From the IMG/VR virus record IMGVR_UViG_3300044637_000586, positions 2,834-66,833 of that record: a DNA stretch of 64,000 nt; one strand, given 5' to 3'. This DNA is from a virus. The notes below the pieces were generated by a model. It was not told the DNA's origin, searched no databases, and saw nothing but the letters and a program-made list of their open reading frames with translations. Made by a program: the position numbers and the translations under genes. Below are positions 38,096 to 48,452 of the stretch, in pieces. The first letter of the stretch is position 1; the number at the start of each line of letters is the position of its first letter.

Positions 38096-38826
38096 TATCC
38101 TAAATTAAATTCCGAACTCTGTGCAAGCGCGTCAATCATTTCGCTGAGTCGTGGAGCCTTTACAAGCAAATTTGCGCTCCATTGAGCAGCCTCGTATTGA
38201 ATCTGTAATTCCTTGTATTTGGCCCTGTCCTCGCTGTTGCCTTTGTGCAGGCAGTATTCGCTCATCAAATATAAGCGAAAAGGCTCAGCGTAAGCTGTGT
38301 CAATCAGAGTATCTTCACCCAAGGTTGCGCCATTTGAAAAATACTCAATTACCAATTGGCCATCTGGGATATTGTGATCAAATATGATGTTGTTGCCGTC
38401 TATTCGATAGTAGTTTTGATTCCTTCCTCCGCCCAAACCGTATTGTGTTTGATTGTAGAAAAAACCAAAATAACCATAAGGGAAGAGGCCGTCAACAACT
38501 ACCGGGTCAGTGGCATCACTCTCACATTGGAAAAACTCTTCTGGATAAGTCAACGAGGTATCTGGAGTCAATGTCCAAATACGGCGACCTGACTTCAATC
38601 CAACCTTAGATATTCTCATGCAATCTCCTGGCATGGTGAACACCCGTGCGCCCGTATCGATCTTGGCGTAAATAGTTCTTAATGATACGTTGCCATCTAG
38701 CGGAGACTTCTCGCTCAAGTAATCGATAGCTACCTGCGTCATCCACGTAAGCTCACGCCCGACGGGGTTTTTCCCTAAACGGTAAAGGGCCGAAGTCGCA
38801 ATGTATTTTATGTTCTTGATCGTCAT
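38095..38826 (-). CDS. tail ring/adaptor protein
   Basis: FTMPGDCMRISKVG motif; position in the tail cluster. Confidence 0.6.
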   Translation of the reverse strand: MTIKNIKYIATSALYRLGKNPVGRELTWMTQVAIDYLSEKSPLDGNVSLRTIYAKIDTGARVFTMPGDCMRISKVGLKSGRRIWTLTPDTSLTYPEEFFQCESDATDPVVVDGLFPYGYFGFFYNQTQYGLGGGRNQNYYRIDGNNIIFDHNIPDGQLVIEYFSNGATLGEDTLIDTAYAEPFRLYLMSEYCLHKGNSEDRAKYKELQIQYEAAQWSANLLVKAPRLSEMIDALAQSSEFNLG

Positions 38827-39443
38827 TGATTAGTGTACATTCTTGATGTGTCTCTCGCTAGTTTTTGCGCGTCAATAGAGTCGTTATTCAAGTCGTCTTG
38901 GAAGCCCTGGGTCGCCAGTACCTGCAAGCACATCTGGAACAACATCATCTCACCCTTTCCCGTTTCATCACTTGGTATAATCAACACGTCGTCATCCTCC
39001 ATCTGGTAGACGTTTGGAACCATTGTAACAGTCACGTTTCCTTCTGGAGCCCTGTTAAAACGCAGCTTGTCCTTGAAAAGAATCGCTGCTGATTTGTTTC
39101 CTCCGCGCAGAATGTTGATTGCTGTAGCCTCCGCCTTGCTTTGAATGATGTACCCATTGTCTCCGATGGATTGATCCTCTACGCTAAAAATAGCCATGGT
39201 CCCAGCGATTGGTTGTGGGGTCAGGGTTACATAGTAACCGTTGGCGTCAGTAACCGGAGTATAGATGTACGGAACAGCCATGTCGCTTGCCTCGTAAGGT
39301 TCGCGTGAAACCATATCGGCAAGGGCCAAATTTAATACCCGTGATATAATAGAACGCGGGTACAAACGGCGCAAGTCTTCCGGGGTGTCCCCGCCAGTCA
39401 ACCTGTGCTGTATCAATTCTATAGCCTGCCGCTTGGTTATCAT
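38823..39443 (-). CDS. tail ring/adaptor protein
   Basis: Size and position among coupled tail genes. Confidence 0.55.
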   Translation of the reverse strand: MITKRQAIELIQHRLTGGDTPEDLRRLYPRSIISRVLNLALADMVSREPYEASDMAVPYIYTPVTDANGYYVTLTPQPIAGTMAIFSVEDQSIGDNGYIIQSKAEATAINILRGGNKSAAILFKDKLRFNRAPEGNVTVTMVPNVYQMEDDDVLIIPSDETGKGEMMLFQMCLQVLATQGFQDDLNNDSIDAQKLARDTSRMYTNQ

Positions 39444-40195
39444 ACTTTACTTGGCATTTGAGTATTAATGTTCCATTGGTTTTCATTACCAATTCCGACG
39501 TAGGTCTTGATCAAGTCGGTCAAGTGATCTAAGCAGCTCTCTGGATACTCAAATTCAACACTCAAACTTGGATCACCTGAAGCCGCTACAGTGTTGTTGA
39601 CATGAACAGAACCCGGAGGTAAATATACGGGTACTCCATTGATAATGTCATAGTCAAATATAGGCTGAATAGGCTCTCGTATGTAAGTAAAGGTTATCCG
39701 TGGCATATACGGATAGATGAAATACTTGTCATTTCGCGTGACAAGTATTGGATCATTTTCTTCAGGATTGTCTACCGGGCTTATTATTGAGTTACGCATC
39801 TTGGCGTCAAACTCATGTTGACTCACAAACTCCACGCTTCGATAGTTGGTGTCGTATGAACACTCCTTATTCAGTATCTCAAGGAAGCTCGCGGTTGCCT
39901 GATACCAAATGTCTGTAGGGATATCCGCGTAACCACCGCGCTCTGGTCGTCCCGCTAAAACGGGAGTGAACGACATTGCGGGGTACTGGGGCGAGCCTAG
40001 AGTCTTTATAAATGTCTGTAGGTCACTGGTAATCTCTCGGTTGTCTTCAAAGTTGTCCACCAGCGTGTTTAAGTAGCGCTGATTGACAATCTTAATTGCC
40101 CGGTTGAAGTCATCGGGCGTGATGTAGCCGCCCCTCAGATCCTTTCCGGCTCTGAAGAGAAGCTCATCATATATTTGACCGAGGTTAGTAGTCAT
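39440..40195 (-). CDS. tail ring/adaptor protein
   Basis: GGYITPDDFN, TYIREP and EFEYPE motifs reminiscent of crAss-like ring proteins. Confidence 0.65.
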   Translation of the reverse strand: MTTNLGQIYDELLFRAGKDLRGGYITPDDFNRAIKIVNQRYLNTLVDNFEDNREITSDLQTFIKTLGSPQYPAMSFTPVLAGRPERGGYADIPTDIWYQATASFLEILNKECSYDTNYRSVEFVSQHEFDAKMRNSIISPVDNPEENDPILVTRNDKYFIYPYMPRITFTYIREPIQPIFDYDIINGVPVYLPPGSVHVNNTVAASGDPSLSVEFEYPESCLDHLTDLIKTYVGIGNENQWNINTQMPSKV

Positions 40196-42498
40196 TATAA
40201 GTAAATCTCAATTTTAATAAATGAACCCGCTGCAATTACCGCATCATTTAAAACTCCGGCTGTGTCATACGTCCTAACGGTTATCGTAGTGCTATTGTCT
40301 ACATTAGATGTCGCAAAACCAGCTGTTTGTAATTGTACAAACACGGCTGTATCGGATACAAATACTGAGCTAGCAGCAGTTACTGTGTATACACCAACAC
40401 CAGCATTACTTATTGAAATACTCGCTCCAATTGTATTTCCAAATTCAGTTATTTGAACTGGCCCTCCAGAAAATCTCGTTCTACCAGTGTAAAATCGAGT
40501 TCCTACTTCAATTATACTTCCAGAACTATCAACAGCTAAGTTGTACCTAGGAACACCCGTAATTGTACCTCCGCCATACCCGTTAAGAGTTACAGAACTA
40601 TCTGGGTTTAGCGTAAAGCCTACACTTTCAGTTCCACCAAGTTTAGTTGTAAGTTGAACATTTGAATTACCAATCGCAGCGTCAACCCATGTGCTTATGA
40701 TCTTACCGGCTGTGGCAACTGCCCCAAGAGCGTCCTGCGCTCTTAACCAGATAGACGCTCCTATTCCATTCGCACCAGCTCCTCCTGTTGTTACCGTTTC
40801 AATCATCAGGTTGTTTGCAACTGTATTTGTAACGGCGCGCTCAACAGTCATCCTTGAAGCCGGGCCGTCGATCGTTTCGATATCCAAAGTCAAGCCGCCC
40901 CCAATAAGTTTCAAATTACCAACCGTACAATCAATAGTTGTAGCTGCAACAAGCGCACCCCCAAGAACAACGTTGTTTCCTATCTTGGTTAATCCATTTA
41001 TACCATCAAATACAGCAAGGGTGTCCACTTGATCAAGTTGAGCCTGAACATCAGGTCCAGTCAATATAGATCCAGGAACTGCCGGTATATCAGCAGCAAT
41101 AGGCAATACGCCTGGTGCATAATATTCTTCCCACACAGCCGCGCCCTCTGTATTGTCCGTGCAACGATAGATGATGCCGGTATTAAAGTCTTGCCAAAGC
41201 GCCCCAATTTCAACACCCTGGGTAACATCCTGAGCGATTCCGGGGATTCCATTATATAATCTGAACTGGAATGCTTCGATCAAACTTTCGATTACTGAAA
41301 CTCCAGAGTTATTTGATACCCAGTAATAAGTCTCATCGTCGCAACAAGCACAATCGCATCCGGAAGCGTCAAGTTGAGCTTGAAGGTGAGCAATTGCATC
41401 CTTGTATTTATCAAGTTCTCCACAAGCTTTGTAGTTCAAAGCCTCAATGTAAAACATCAAAACATTGTCTACAAACACTTGATACTTGGAAATCCTATTT
41501 CGCATCAACTCAGCCTGATGAGCCGCCCGAAGATTCTCAATGCAGGGAACAAGTCCACAAAGGGTTCCAGCGCAGCTTACCACAAACTCTCTAACTATTG
41601 TTGCAGTATAGGTTATAATCAACCCGTCTGTTTGAATCTGTCGAATTTGCTCACTCAACGAAACTGTGTACGTTCCTGTAGCAAGAGGAGTGTCAGTGCC
41701 TGGAGCGCTAGGATACGGAAGCGACGTGAGCACAACCTGTGGGTCAAAAGTGGGAGTCAGAGCAGTCCATGACGGATAACTAACAGTACAGTTTAGACTG
41801 TCAATTGTTTCGTTTGAAGCTAGAATCGTTGCGTTTGCAACAGACCATGATCCACTATCTCCGACCTCACAATCAAATATAAAGTTTACATCAGCACCTG
41901 CCTGAGTGCACCCAGAATACGTGTACGATGTTACTGTCTGTAGATTTGTTATTTCTATGCTCCAGAAAGGCCAAGCAGGATTAGATATTACTTGATTTAC
42001 AGTAATTACAATACTAGCGGTTGGAAGCCCTGGATCAACTAATTCAACTGTAGAAACATTGACAAGCTGCTCGGTGAGAACTGGCACAGGATTATACAGT
42101 CGTATTTGATCTCCCGCCTCTAAAAAATCAACAAGCCATGGGAACGCTGCTCCATCTATTTCAAACGTACTTGGCAGCGTTATTGAACTAACTCCAAAGT
42201 TAAATGCTGTAGTGTCAAGTGCTAAAGAATATTCTACGCGATAAACACCATTAGCAACATTCCCGTTTAAGTCTAGCTCTAGCGGAAATTCAAAAAAAGT
42301 GTCCCCCACCGCTAAATCGATAAGGGGATCACCTATTGTGGTCTTTGATTCAATTAAGTTGCCTTGAAAATAAATAGAACCCAACCCTTTGGCGACAAAA
42401 GCAGCCAAGCTGATCCCAAGGGAGGCGTAGTTTGTAGTGTCCGTTACACGACCAATCTTATTGGTTACATCGATCGTGAGGGTTGTAGTACTTATCAT
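40195..42498 (-). CDS. structural protein: hub-like N-terminus, Cys-rich knuckle, fibre-like C-terminus
   Basis: CAGTLCGLVPC...GCDCACC; modules shared with the 1538-aa fibre. Confidence 0.6.
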   Translation of the reverse strand: MISTTTLTIDVTNKIGRVTDTTNYASLGISLAAFVAKGLGSIYFQGNLIESKTTIGDPLIDLAVGDTFFEFPLELDLNGNVANGVYRVEYSLALDTTAFNFGVSSITLPSTFEIDGAAFPWLVDFLEAGDQIRLYNPVPVLTEQLVNVSTVELVDPGLPTASIVITVNQVISNPAWPFWSIEITNLQTVTSYTYSGCTQAGADVNFIFDCEVGDSGSWSVANATILASNETIDSLNCTVSYPSWTALTPTFDPQVVLTSLPYPSAPGTDTPLATGTYTVSLSEQIRQIQTDGLIITYTATIVREFVVSCAGTLCGLVPCIENLRAAHQAELMRNRISKYQVFVDNVLMFYIEALNYKACGELDKYKDAIAHLQAQLDASGCDCACCDDETYYWVSNNSGVSVIESLIEAFQFRLYNGIPGIAQDVTQGVEIGALWQDFNTGIIYRCTDNTEGAAVWEEYYAPGVLPIAADIPAVPGSILTGPDVQAQLDQVDTLAVFDGINGLTKIGNNVVLGGALVAATTIDCTVGNLKLIGGGLTLDIETIDGPASRMTVERAVTNTVANNLMIETVTTGGAGANGIGASIWLRAQDALGAVATAGKIISTWVDAAIGNSNVQLTTKLGGTESVGFTLNPDSSVTLNGYGGGTITGVPRYNLAVDSSGSIIEVGTRFYTGRTRFSGGPVQITEFGNTIGASISISNAGVGVYTVTAASSVFVSDTAVFVQLQTAGFATSNVDNSTTITVRTYDTAGVLNDAVIAAGSFIKIEIYL

Positions 42499-42501
42499 TT
42501 T

Positions 42502-43425
42502 TTATGCTTTTCTTAATTTGTCTAATAATTCACTGTTCACCTTGAGGTGGTCAATAAGTGCGAACGCATCCTTTTCTCCGGTTGATTCAAAGAATGGATT
42601 CTTGAGCCACTTGGTTCCATCACCTCTACGGTCGCGAAGATACCAAATTCCGTCTTCATTTTTAATAAAACCTTCAGAAGAAAGTCGATTAATTAGCTCG
42701 TGAATGGTTTCTTCGGATTTTGCTTGCTGCTTCTTGGTTACTCCACCTAAGATTTCAAACGCATTTTTCTTAAATGTATCCGAACCGCTCTTTATCGAGT
42801 CGTGTAATGAAACTCGATTTTCTTCTTCGGTGTCTTTAACATTGAGGCCAAGACCGGTAATAGCCTTTAGGATTGTTTCGTATGAAGCGTCAAAATAAAT
42901 CAAATTCTCTAGTTCACGAGCTGAACGAGCTGATTCAATTTTGTTCTTAGCTTCAACCTCCGGCTTGTCATAGGTGTACCACGGATCCTGAGACTTTCTA
43001 GCGCATCTGCTGCCAGATATGATCGGGCAAATAAAATGAACGTAAAACAAAAGATCTTTTTGACCCGGTCTGATTTCCATGCCGTGTCTTATGGTCACGT
43101 TGTTGCCCGGGTAAGCAAACTCCATTCCGTATTGACCCGGGCGAGGCGATGTTGTTGAGTATTGAATATGATATTCATCACCTGTTTCCGGATCTACCAC
43201 AATGCCTCTTGCCTTTCTTGAATTGCCGCGTGGCGGCTCTACAAAAAGACGCGGAGTGCCTTCTTTGTCCATTGAAGGAACCTTGTAGCTCCTTCTCATT
43301 TTGTTGTCCAGAATCTTTATTTTAACGGGCTTGCCCTTAAAGAAATCTGGAAAATCCTCTCTCATTTGTTTTTCAGCCCAATCAGGTATAGAGATTGGCT
43401 GATTTGTACTTATATCGAAAAGCAT
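42502..43425 (-). CDS. conserved protein downstream of major capsid protein
   Basis: 307 aa, position after the capsid terminator. Confidence 0.6.
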   Translation of the reverse strand: MLFDISTNQPISIPDWAEKQMREDFPDFFKGKPVKIKILDNKMRRSYKVPSMDKEGTPRLFVEPPRGNSRKARGIVVDPETGDEYHIQYSTTSPRPGQYGMEFAYPGNNVTIRHGMEIRPGQKDLLFYVHFICPIISGSRCARKSQDPWYTYDKPEVEAKNKIESARSARELENLIYFDASYETILKAITGLGLNVKDTEEENRVSLHDSIKSGSDTFKKNAFEILGGVTKKQQAKSEETIHELINRLSSEGFIKNEDGIWYLRDRRGDGTKWLKNPFFESTGEKDAFALIDHLKVNSELLDKLRKA

Positions 43426-43442
43426 AACGTATGTTGGGTTTT

Positions 43443-43472
43443 AAAAAAAGGGGGCGGAATTGCCCCCTTTTT
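43443..43472 (-). terminator. intrinsic terminator after capsid gene
   Basis: AAAAAGGGGGC-AATTCC-GCCCCCTTTTTTT on the minus strand. Confidence 0.85.
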
Positions 43473-43488
43473 ATCATTATTCACTAGA

Positions 43489-44889
43489 TTAGATAGCGTC
43501 GTGGAAGATACCGTATTTGTTAGCGTTGATGAATTTGAACGCGATTTCAGATACGATGTGAACTCCCAAGTTCCATGCGTCAGTTTTGTTAGCCGCCGCA
43601 CGACCACCTGTTTGCCACATATTCATGAATGCACCTGGCTTGTGACACAGACGGATATACTTACCGAGATTACCCATACCATCGTCTACGTTTCCAGGAG
43701 CCATTGGCAAGAATACTGCGTAGTCTGACCAAGTAGAGCCTGAGGCGCCGAAAGTTTGTGGGTTATCGAAAATACCCATACGAACAAGACCGAAGTTCTT
43801 ATTGTTGAACACGAGGTTGTTGAATGAGTAGGTAGTTGACATCAAGTCTGCGTAAGCACCCTCGCCCCAGAAAGTCTTCTCCATCTGAACCTTGTTGATC
43901 TGGATGTTAGCGTTCTGGTTGTAAGTCAACATAGCTTGTTCAATCTGAGCAGAGGTTACTCCACTAGTCCAAACCATGTAGTTCTTTACAGAAGCATCTT
44001 GTTGAGTCAAAGCTGCTTCCAAAGCATAGAAGTCGGTCGTGGTAATTGCACCACCAGTGTCCTCCACTTGACCATCAGCAAAAATCGTTGGGATCAAACC
44101 TGGGGTGGTTTGGAACGAGGTAGCAGAAGTCAAAGAAGTGTTGGTAGTAGCCTCACCTGCCAAGAAGGTGTTTACGATTGCAACTTGGTGCTCACGCTGC
44201 AAGTAGATGATGTCGCGTGAGTTAGAGTACGGAGTTGCAGTACCATTCTCAAGCTGAGAATACCACAACTGGTTGTACAATGACTCAGAGCTAGTCGTAA
44301 TGTCGTGACGCATTGTTTGCAAGAATGAAGTCTTCACCTCATCAAACATAAACTTGCCTGCTTGAGCAGTAGAGTTTTCAGGAACAGATACACCGACATA
44401 GAACAACAAGTCAGTAGCTGAGATAACAGCGCCTACGCCGTCAGAAGTAACTGGACGAACAGTAAGGGTGATACCGTCAGCTGCCTTAGCTGTGATTTGA
44501 ACCAAAGTTCCAGATGGGGCGTGACGCCAAATCTCGTGAACTGTTGGCCAAGAGTAGAAAGTTCCAGAGGCAGCGGGAAGTTCTTGACGATCGCTAGTGT
44601 TCAATACGATAGTGTTGTTACCAGCAACAAGGGTTGCGCCGGTAGCCACAAGAGCAGGAACCTCCATGCGAGTCAACTCAAACCAACGAACGCGAGGATT
44701 GGCAGCAACCTCACGGTTACCAATACCGTTCATGATTTGGTTCATTGCGCTCCAATATTCATCACCGAAAGGCAAATATGCTACGGCGTCGAAGTCTTCT
44801 TTAATTGCGTCCCAGTTGTTCATGATTCCGCCGAATGTCATTCCTGACGTTGACAACGGATTAATGGTGGGACTCTGTACAAATGCCAT
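43489..44889 (-). CDS. major capsid protein
   Basis: 466 aa after portal and scaffold; E-loop-like NPRVRWFE; TTPGLIPTI; followed by a strong terminator. Confidence 0.8.
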   Translation of the reverse strand: MAFVQSPTINPLSTSGMTFGGIMNNWDAIKEDFDAVAYLPFGDEYWSAMNQIMNGIGNREVAANPRVRWFELTRMEVPALVATGATLVAGNNTIVLNTSDRQELPAASGTFYSWPTVHEIWRHAPSGTLVQITAKAADGITLTVRPVTSDGVGAVISATDLLFYVGVSVPENSTAQAGKFMFDEVKTSFLQTMRHDITTSSESLYNQLWYSQLENGTATPYSNSRDIIYLQREHQVAIVNTFLAGEATTNTSLTSATSFQTTPGLIPTIFADGQVEDTGGAITTTDFYALEAALTQQDASVKNYMVWTSGVTSAQIEQAMLTYNQNANIQINKVQMEKTFWGEGAYADLMSTTYSFNNLVFNNKNFGLVRMGIFDNPQTFGASGSTWSDYAVFLPMAPGNVDDGMGNLGKYIRLCHKPGAFMNMWQTGGRAAANKTDAWNLGVHIVSEIAFKFINANKYGIFHDAI

Positions 44890-44913
44890 TTTATTAAGCT
44901 TTTTTAAGAGTTA

Positions 44914-45987
44914 TTATGATTTGATTTTTTGAGACGGCAAAGGAAGTCCTCGTTCCATCAAATCTCTTTGTGCAGGAGTTAAGTCCTTGGCGTCTACGGT
45001 TGTTTTGCCTACACGATTAACCGTTTTAGGTTGACCGTTATAGACTTCTTTTACTACCCTTTTTTCGGTTTGAGCAGAAAGCGACTTAGCAATTTGAACT
45101 CCTAGATCCCCAGACTGAACCTTATGAATGAGGATTTGGTTCGTTAGCCACTCGCGCACCGCTTGCTTACCTTCCTTTGTGGTAGCATCAAAGGCTTGAC
45201 CTAAATAACCTGCATACTGTGACTTCAAAATCGAATCGACCTCTTCGCTTGAAACTTGTAACGAAACTTCCGAATCGCCGAATTTGTAGGGGACCTCTTT
45301 GACTTGTTTAGCGTAGGACTCTGCCTCGCCAAACGCCAATATCTGTCTTTCCGCAATCTGCTTTTGATTCTGGCTCTTTAGCTCTTTTGCAAATGTAAAA
45401 GGATTTTTAACATCCTCAACTTCTTTTTTAGTTTTATTTATGATCTCTATTGCGTCAATAGCATCAGATTTCATAAGCGCCGAGGCGTAATACTCTCCTT
45501 CTCCCAGGTTGTACTTCTCTCGAATAGCCTCCTCAATGGTCTGTTGACCCAACTGCTTGAACTTGTTAGGATTCTTTACAGCTTCAGCAATGATCAACGC
45601 TTTTAATGGGTCTTCCATCAGCGACTGGTCGTTTGAGGATACGATTTGATTGGCGATAGAAGCGTTTAGGCCCTTCTTTCCAAAAGCGACAATAGTCCGT
45701 GCCTCGTCGTTTCCGCCAAAAGGATCCTCAGCTTCTTGTAGCAGCGCTATGCCCTCCTCTATATCTTTCTGTCTTTCAGAAAGCTCTTCTGCTAAGCTTT
45801 TGTAAGAACGAAGCTGTTCAAATTCCGTTTTGAAAGAATCCTCGCTTTCGTATCCGTAACTAGCAAACCAAGCCTGTTCTGCCGGCGTAGCTTGATCGAC
45901 TACTTGATCGCCAACCTGGGTGGTTGCTTGTTCGGTTACTTGATTGTTCGCTTGTTCGTTTTGGGTTTCAAATTCGTTGTTTTCCAT
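44914..45987 (-). CDS. capsid scaffolding protein
   Basis: Acidic low-complexity N-terminus, helical; lies between portal and capsid genes. Confidence 0.65.
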   Translation of the reverse strand: MENNEFETQNEQANNQVTEQATTQVGDQVVDQATPAEQAWFASYGYESEDSFKTEFEQLRSYKSLAEELSERQKDIEEGIALLQEAEDPFGGNDEARTIVAFGKKGLNASIANQIVSSNDQSLMEDPLKALIIAEAVKNPNKFKQLGQQTIEEAIREKYNLGEGEYYASALMKSDAIDAIEIINKTKKEVEDVKNPFTFAKELKSQNQKQIAERQILAFGEAESYAKQVKEVPYKFGDSEVSLQVSSEEVDSILKSQYAGYLGQAFDATTKEGKQAVREWLTNQILIHKVQSGDLGVQIAKSLSAQTEKRVVKEVYNGQPKTVNRVGKTTVDAKDLTPAQRDLMERGLPLPSQKIKS

Positions 45988-45991
45988 AATT

Positions 45992-48388
45992 TTATACTCT
46001 ACCTGTTATTTCGTTTCCGTATTGAGCCTCGAGGGTTGCCTCGAGCTGTATTTGTTCTAAGATTTGTTTTCCTTTCAATAACTGAACTTGATAATTCGTA
46101 TCAGCCTTCATTTTGGCAAGCTCCTGTTCTTTCATTAGCTCCATGTTTGCCATTTCACGCTGCTTCATAATTTCGATCTCTGCAAGCTGCATTGCGGTCT
46201 GGCGCTTTGCCTCCTCGGTCATCATAGCTGATTGCTGCTGACCCTGGATTGTCTGTTGAAGCATTTCCTGGGCGTTTTTCTCTTCGCGCTGGCGAGATTC
46301 TTCTTCCTGCGTTGCCATGAACCAAAGCGCTTCATCAACGTCTCCATTTTTAAGCATTTGAGCTACCCGCTCTACATTTGACGGCGACAAAAGAACACCT
46401 CCGTCTTTTGTAGGTATCTGGGACATCTGTATAGCCCTTTGAAGAATAGAACTCTTTTCCTTTTCGTTTGGCAAAGACTTAACGCTTATGGCCAGGTTAT
46501 CCAAGGAAAGCCCTTCAATATCGTCAAGAGAGTTTATCATTACCTTGCCTAAAATAGATTCGTAAAAATCTCTAATCTTTGGATCATACTCTATATCTAT
46601 TCGGGCCTGGTGGATTATGCGTTCCCCAACCTTACGCTTGAAGTTTCGCTCCGACTCTCGAAGCGGCCAGTTCGCATGATTTCCGGCTTGATAATCCTGT
46701 TCAATCACGCCAACTAGCCTTTCCGCGCTTTGATCAGGACTTGCAGCCATCGCATCTGGTATGCCCATGGTGTCCTTGATCATCATCTGCAAATTGGCTA
46801 TCTGCTGTATCCATTCAGTCCCTTGAGGACCCAAACCATTGTCCATTTCTTGCAATGGCTGAGAAACGTATTTCCCGGTCGCCGCATTAAACTTGGTCGC
46901 TACTACCTGTATACCGTTTTGACGGTGGACGTGAACAAGGTCAAACAGATCGTACTCTACACCTCCAATCTTGATGTTGGCGGCCTCCCCTACGTCAATT
47001 CTGTAACCTTTTGGAGCAGCGGCCCAAACGGCGGCGCGGAGCTTGAGCATGGCGAACATCAAGTCGTCAAGCAACCCCTTAACGCTGCGGGTAGGTGATT
47101 GGCCCGGTATGCGATCAATAACATAAGAGCTCATAGGAGACAAGCCCTTTTGCATTTGATTTGGTTTTTTACGCCAATCATAAATGCGATCAAGTCCTGT
47201 TCCGGAAATGATGTAAGACCCTTCGTACCAGTAGTTACAGCTTACCTCGTCGTATTTATCGTTCGGGTTTTTCTTCTTTTCTTCTACCGGCTTGTTGTTT
47301 CGTAGGTACGCTACATACCCCTGCTTGTTTGTTCTTTCTACATACTGCTTATAGTCGGTTGAAAGATATTCAAACTTCAAAACATAAACCTTAAAATCCA
47401 TCCACACCCAACGGTTGGTGGTGGCATCTTTACGTTCAAAAGCCCAAACGGGTATCATTGAGGCGTCTGTCTGATATGGAACATAAGACTTGGCCATGGC
47501 CTGTATTTGCTTTTCGTCAAAACCGGCATCTATCAGCTTTGTGTAAATTGACTGCACGGTCTCAATTTCAATGTGACCTATCGCAACCGGCTCATCCTGA
47601 TTATCCTCATTCCAGAGCATAATCATACGCGCAGGATCAATGTACTGAACTTTAACCTGACCTGTAATTGGATCGTTGTAAATTTTAGCTGCCCGGAAAT
47701 GATAGTCTATCGCGTCTCTGTTTATCTCGTTACGCATATCATGCCAGTTAGAAGCTCTGAATCCAGATTCAGCCAGCTTCTCCAGCGCCACCTCGTATTT
47801 TGTTTTGAAAAACCCTAGACGATCAGCCATCTCTATCATGCTGTCGTCCTTGGGGACAAACGGAACACTAAGCTCTGGAAGCCCAAGCTCCCGCATCAAC
47901 GGGTTTACAAAATTCGTTTTAACGTAAATATCATTCTTCTCGTCCTGTTTTTTATTGATTGTGTTTTTATCAAGAGAAATACAGTCGAGTTTATAATCAT
48001 TGTCAGCAAGAATCGAAAGAAGAACATTGGTTAGTTTTTTCATTGGTGAGAAAATATCATAGCTAATGTTGGCCATGGCTTTTCTCTGCGCCTTACTCAT
48101 GCCCCTAGCTGTCTGAACGGCTTCTGCCGCGCCGACAGACTTGTTTCCAATTGGGGAACCATTTGAAAACCAGTTCTTATACTTTTCGTTGTTCTGCATA
48201 CCCGCACCGTAGTTTCGGGTCTCTTGCATCTCAGAAAGTTGATTGAATGAAAAATAAGCACCCCCAGAACAATAACGAGAATACAACGCTCGTCCACATC
48301 GCAAACCAAAATCTGGCTCCAACTTCTTAATATCTGGTACATTGTCATCGGGGAATAAAACCCCGCCGGCCAATTGGGGCAGTATCAT
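45992..48388 (-). CDS. portal protein
   Basis: 798 aa after terminase; YIDPARM motif; long Gln/Glu coiled-coil barrel at the C-terminus. Confidence 0.8.
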   Translation of the reverse strand: MILPQLAGGVLFPDDNVPDIKKLEPDFGLRCGRALYSRYCSGGAYFSFNQLSEMQETRNYGAGMQNNEKYKNWFSNGSPIGNKSVGAAEAVQTARGMSKAQRKAMANISYDIFSPMKKLTNVLLSILADNDYKLDCISLDKNTINKKQDEKNDIYVKTNFVNPLMRELGLPELSVPFVPKDDSMIEMADRLGFFKTKYEVALEKLAESGFRASNWHDMRNEINRDAIDYHFRAAKIYNDPITGQVKVQYIDPARMIMLWNEDNQDEPVAIGHIEIETVQSIYTKLIDAGFDEKQIQAMAKSYVPYQTDASMIPVWAFERKDATTNRWVWMDFKVYVLKFEYLSTDYKQYVERTNKQGYVAYLRNNKPVEEKKKNPNDKYDEVSCNYWYEGSYIISGTGLDRIYDWRKKPNQMQKGLSPMSSYVIDRIPGQSPTRSVKGLLDDLMFAMLKLRAAVWAAAPKGYRIDVGEAANIKIGGVEYDLFDLVHVHRQNGIQVVATKFNAATGKYVSQPLQEMDNGLGPQGTEWIQQIANLQMMIKDTMGIPDAMAASPDQSAERLVGVIEQDYQAGNHANWPLRESERNFKRKVGERIIHQARIDIEYDPKIRDFYESILGKVMINSLDDIEGLSLDNLAISVKSLPNEKEKSSILQRAIQMSQIPTKDGGVLLSPSNVERVAQMLKNGDVDEALWFMATQEEESRQREEKNAQEMLQQTIQGQQQSAMMTEEAKRQTAMQLAEIEIMKQREMANMELMKEQELAKMKADTNYQVQLLKGKQILEQIQLEATLEAQYGNEITGRV

Positions 48389-48394
48389 ATCTTA

Positions 48395-48422
48395 CAAATT
48401 TAAGTAATCAAACACAAATGTA
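48395..48422 (-). promoter_or_regulatory. tandem -7 boxes (TACATTTG, TAAATTTG) before portal
   Basis: 48415-48422 and 48395-48402; the latter is 6 nt from the ATG. Confidence 0.65.
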
Positions 48423-48452
48423 TGAAATTTTATCGTAAATGGTTGAAAGCAA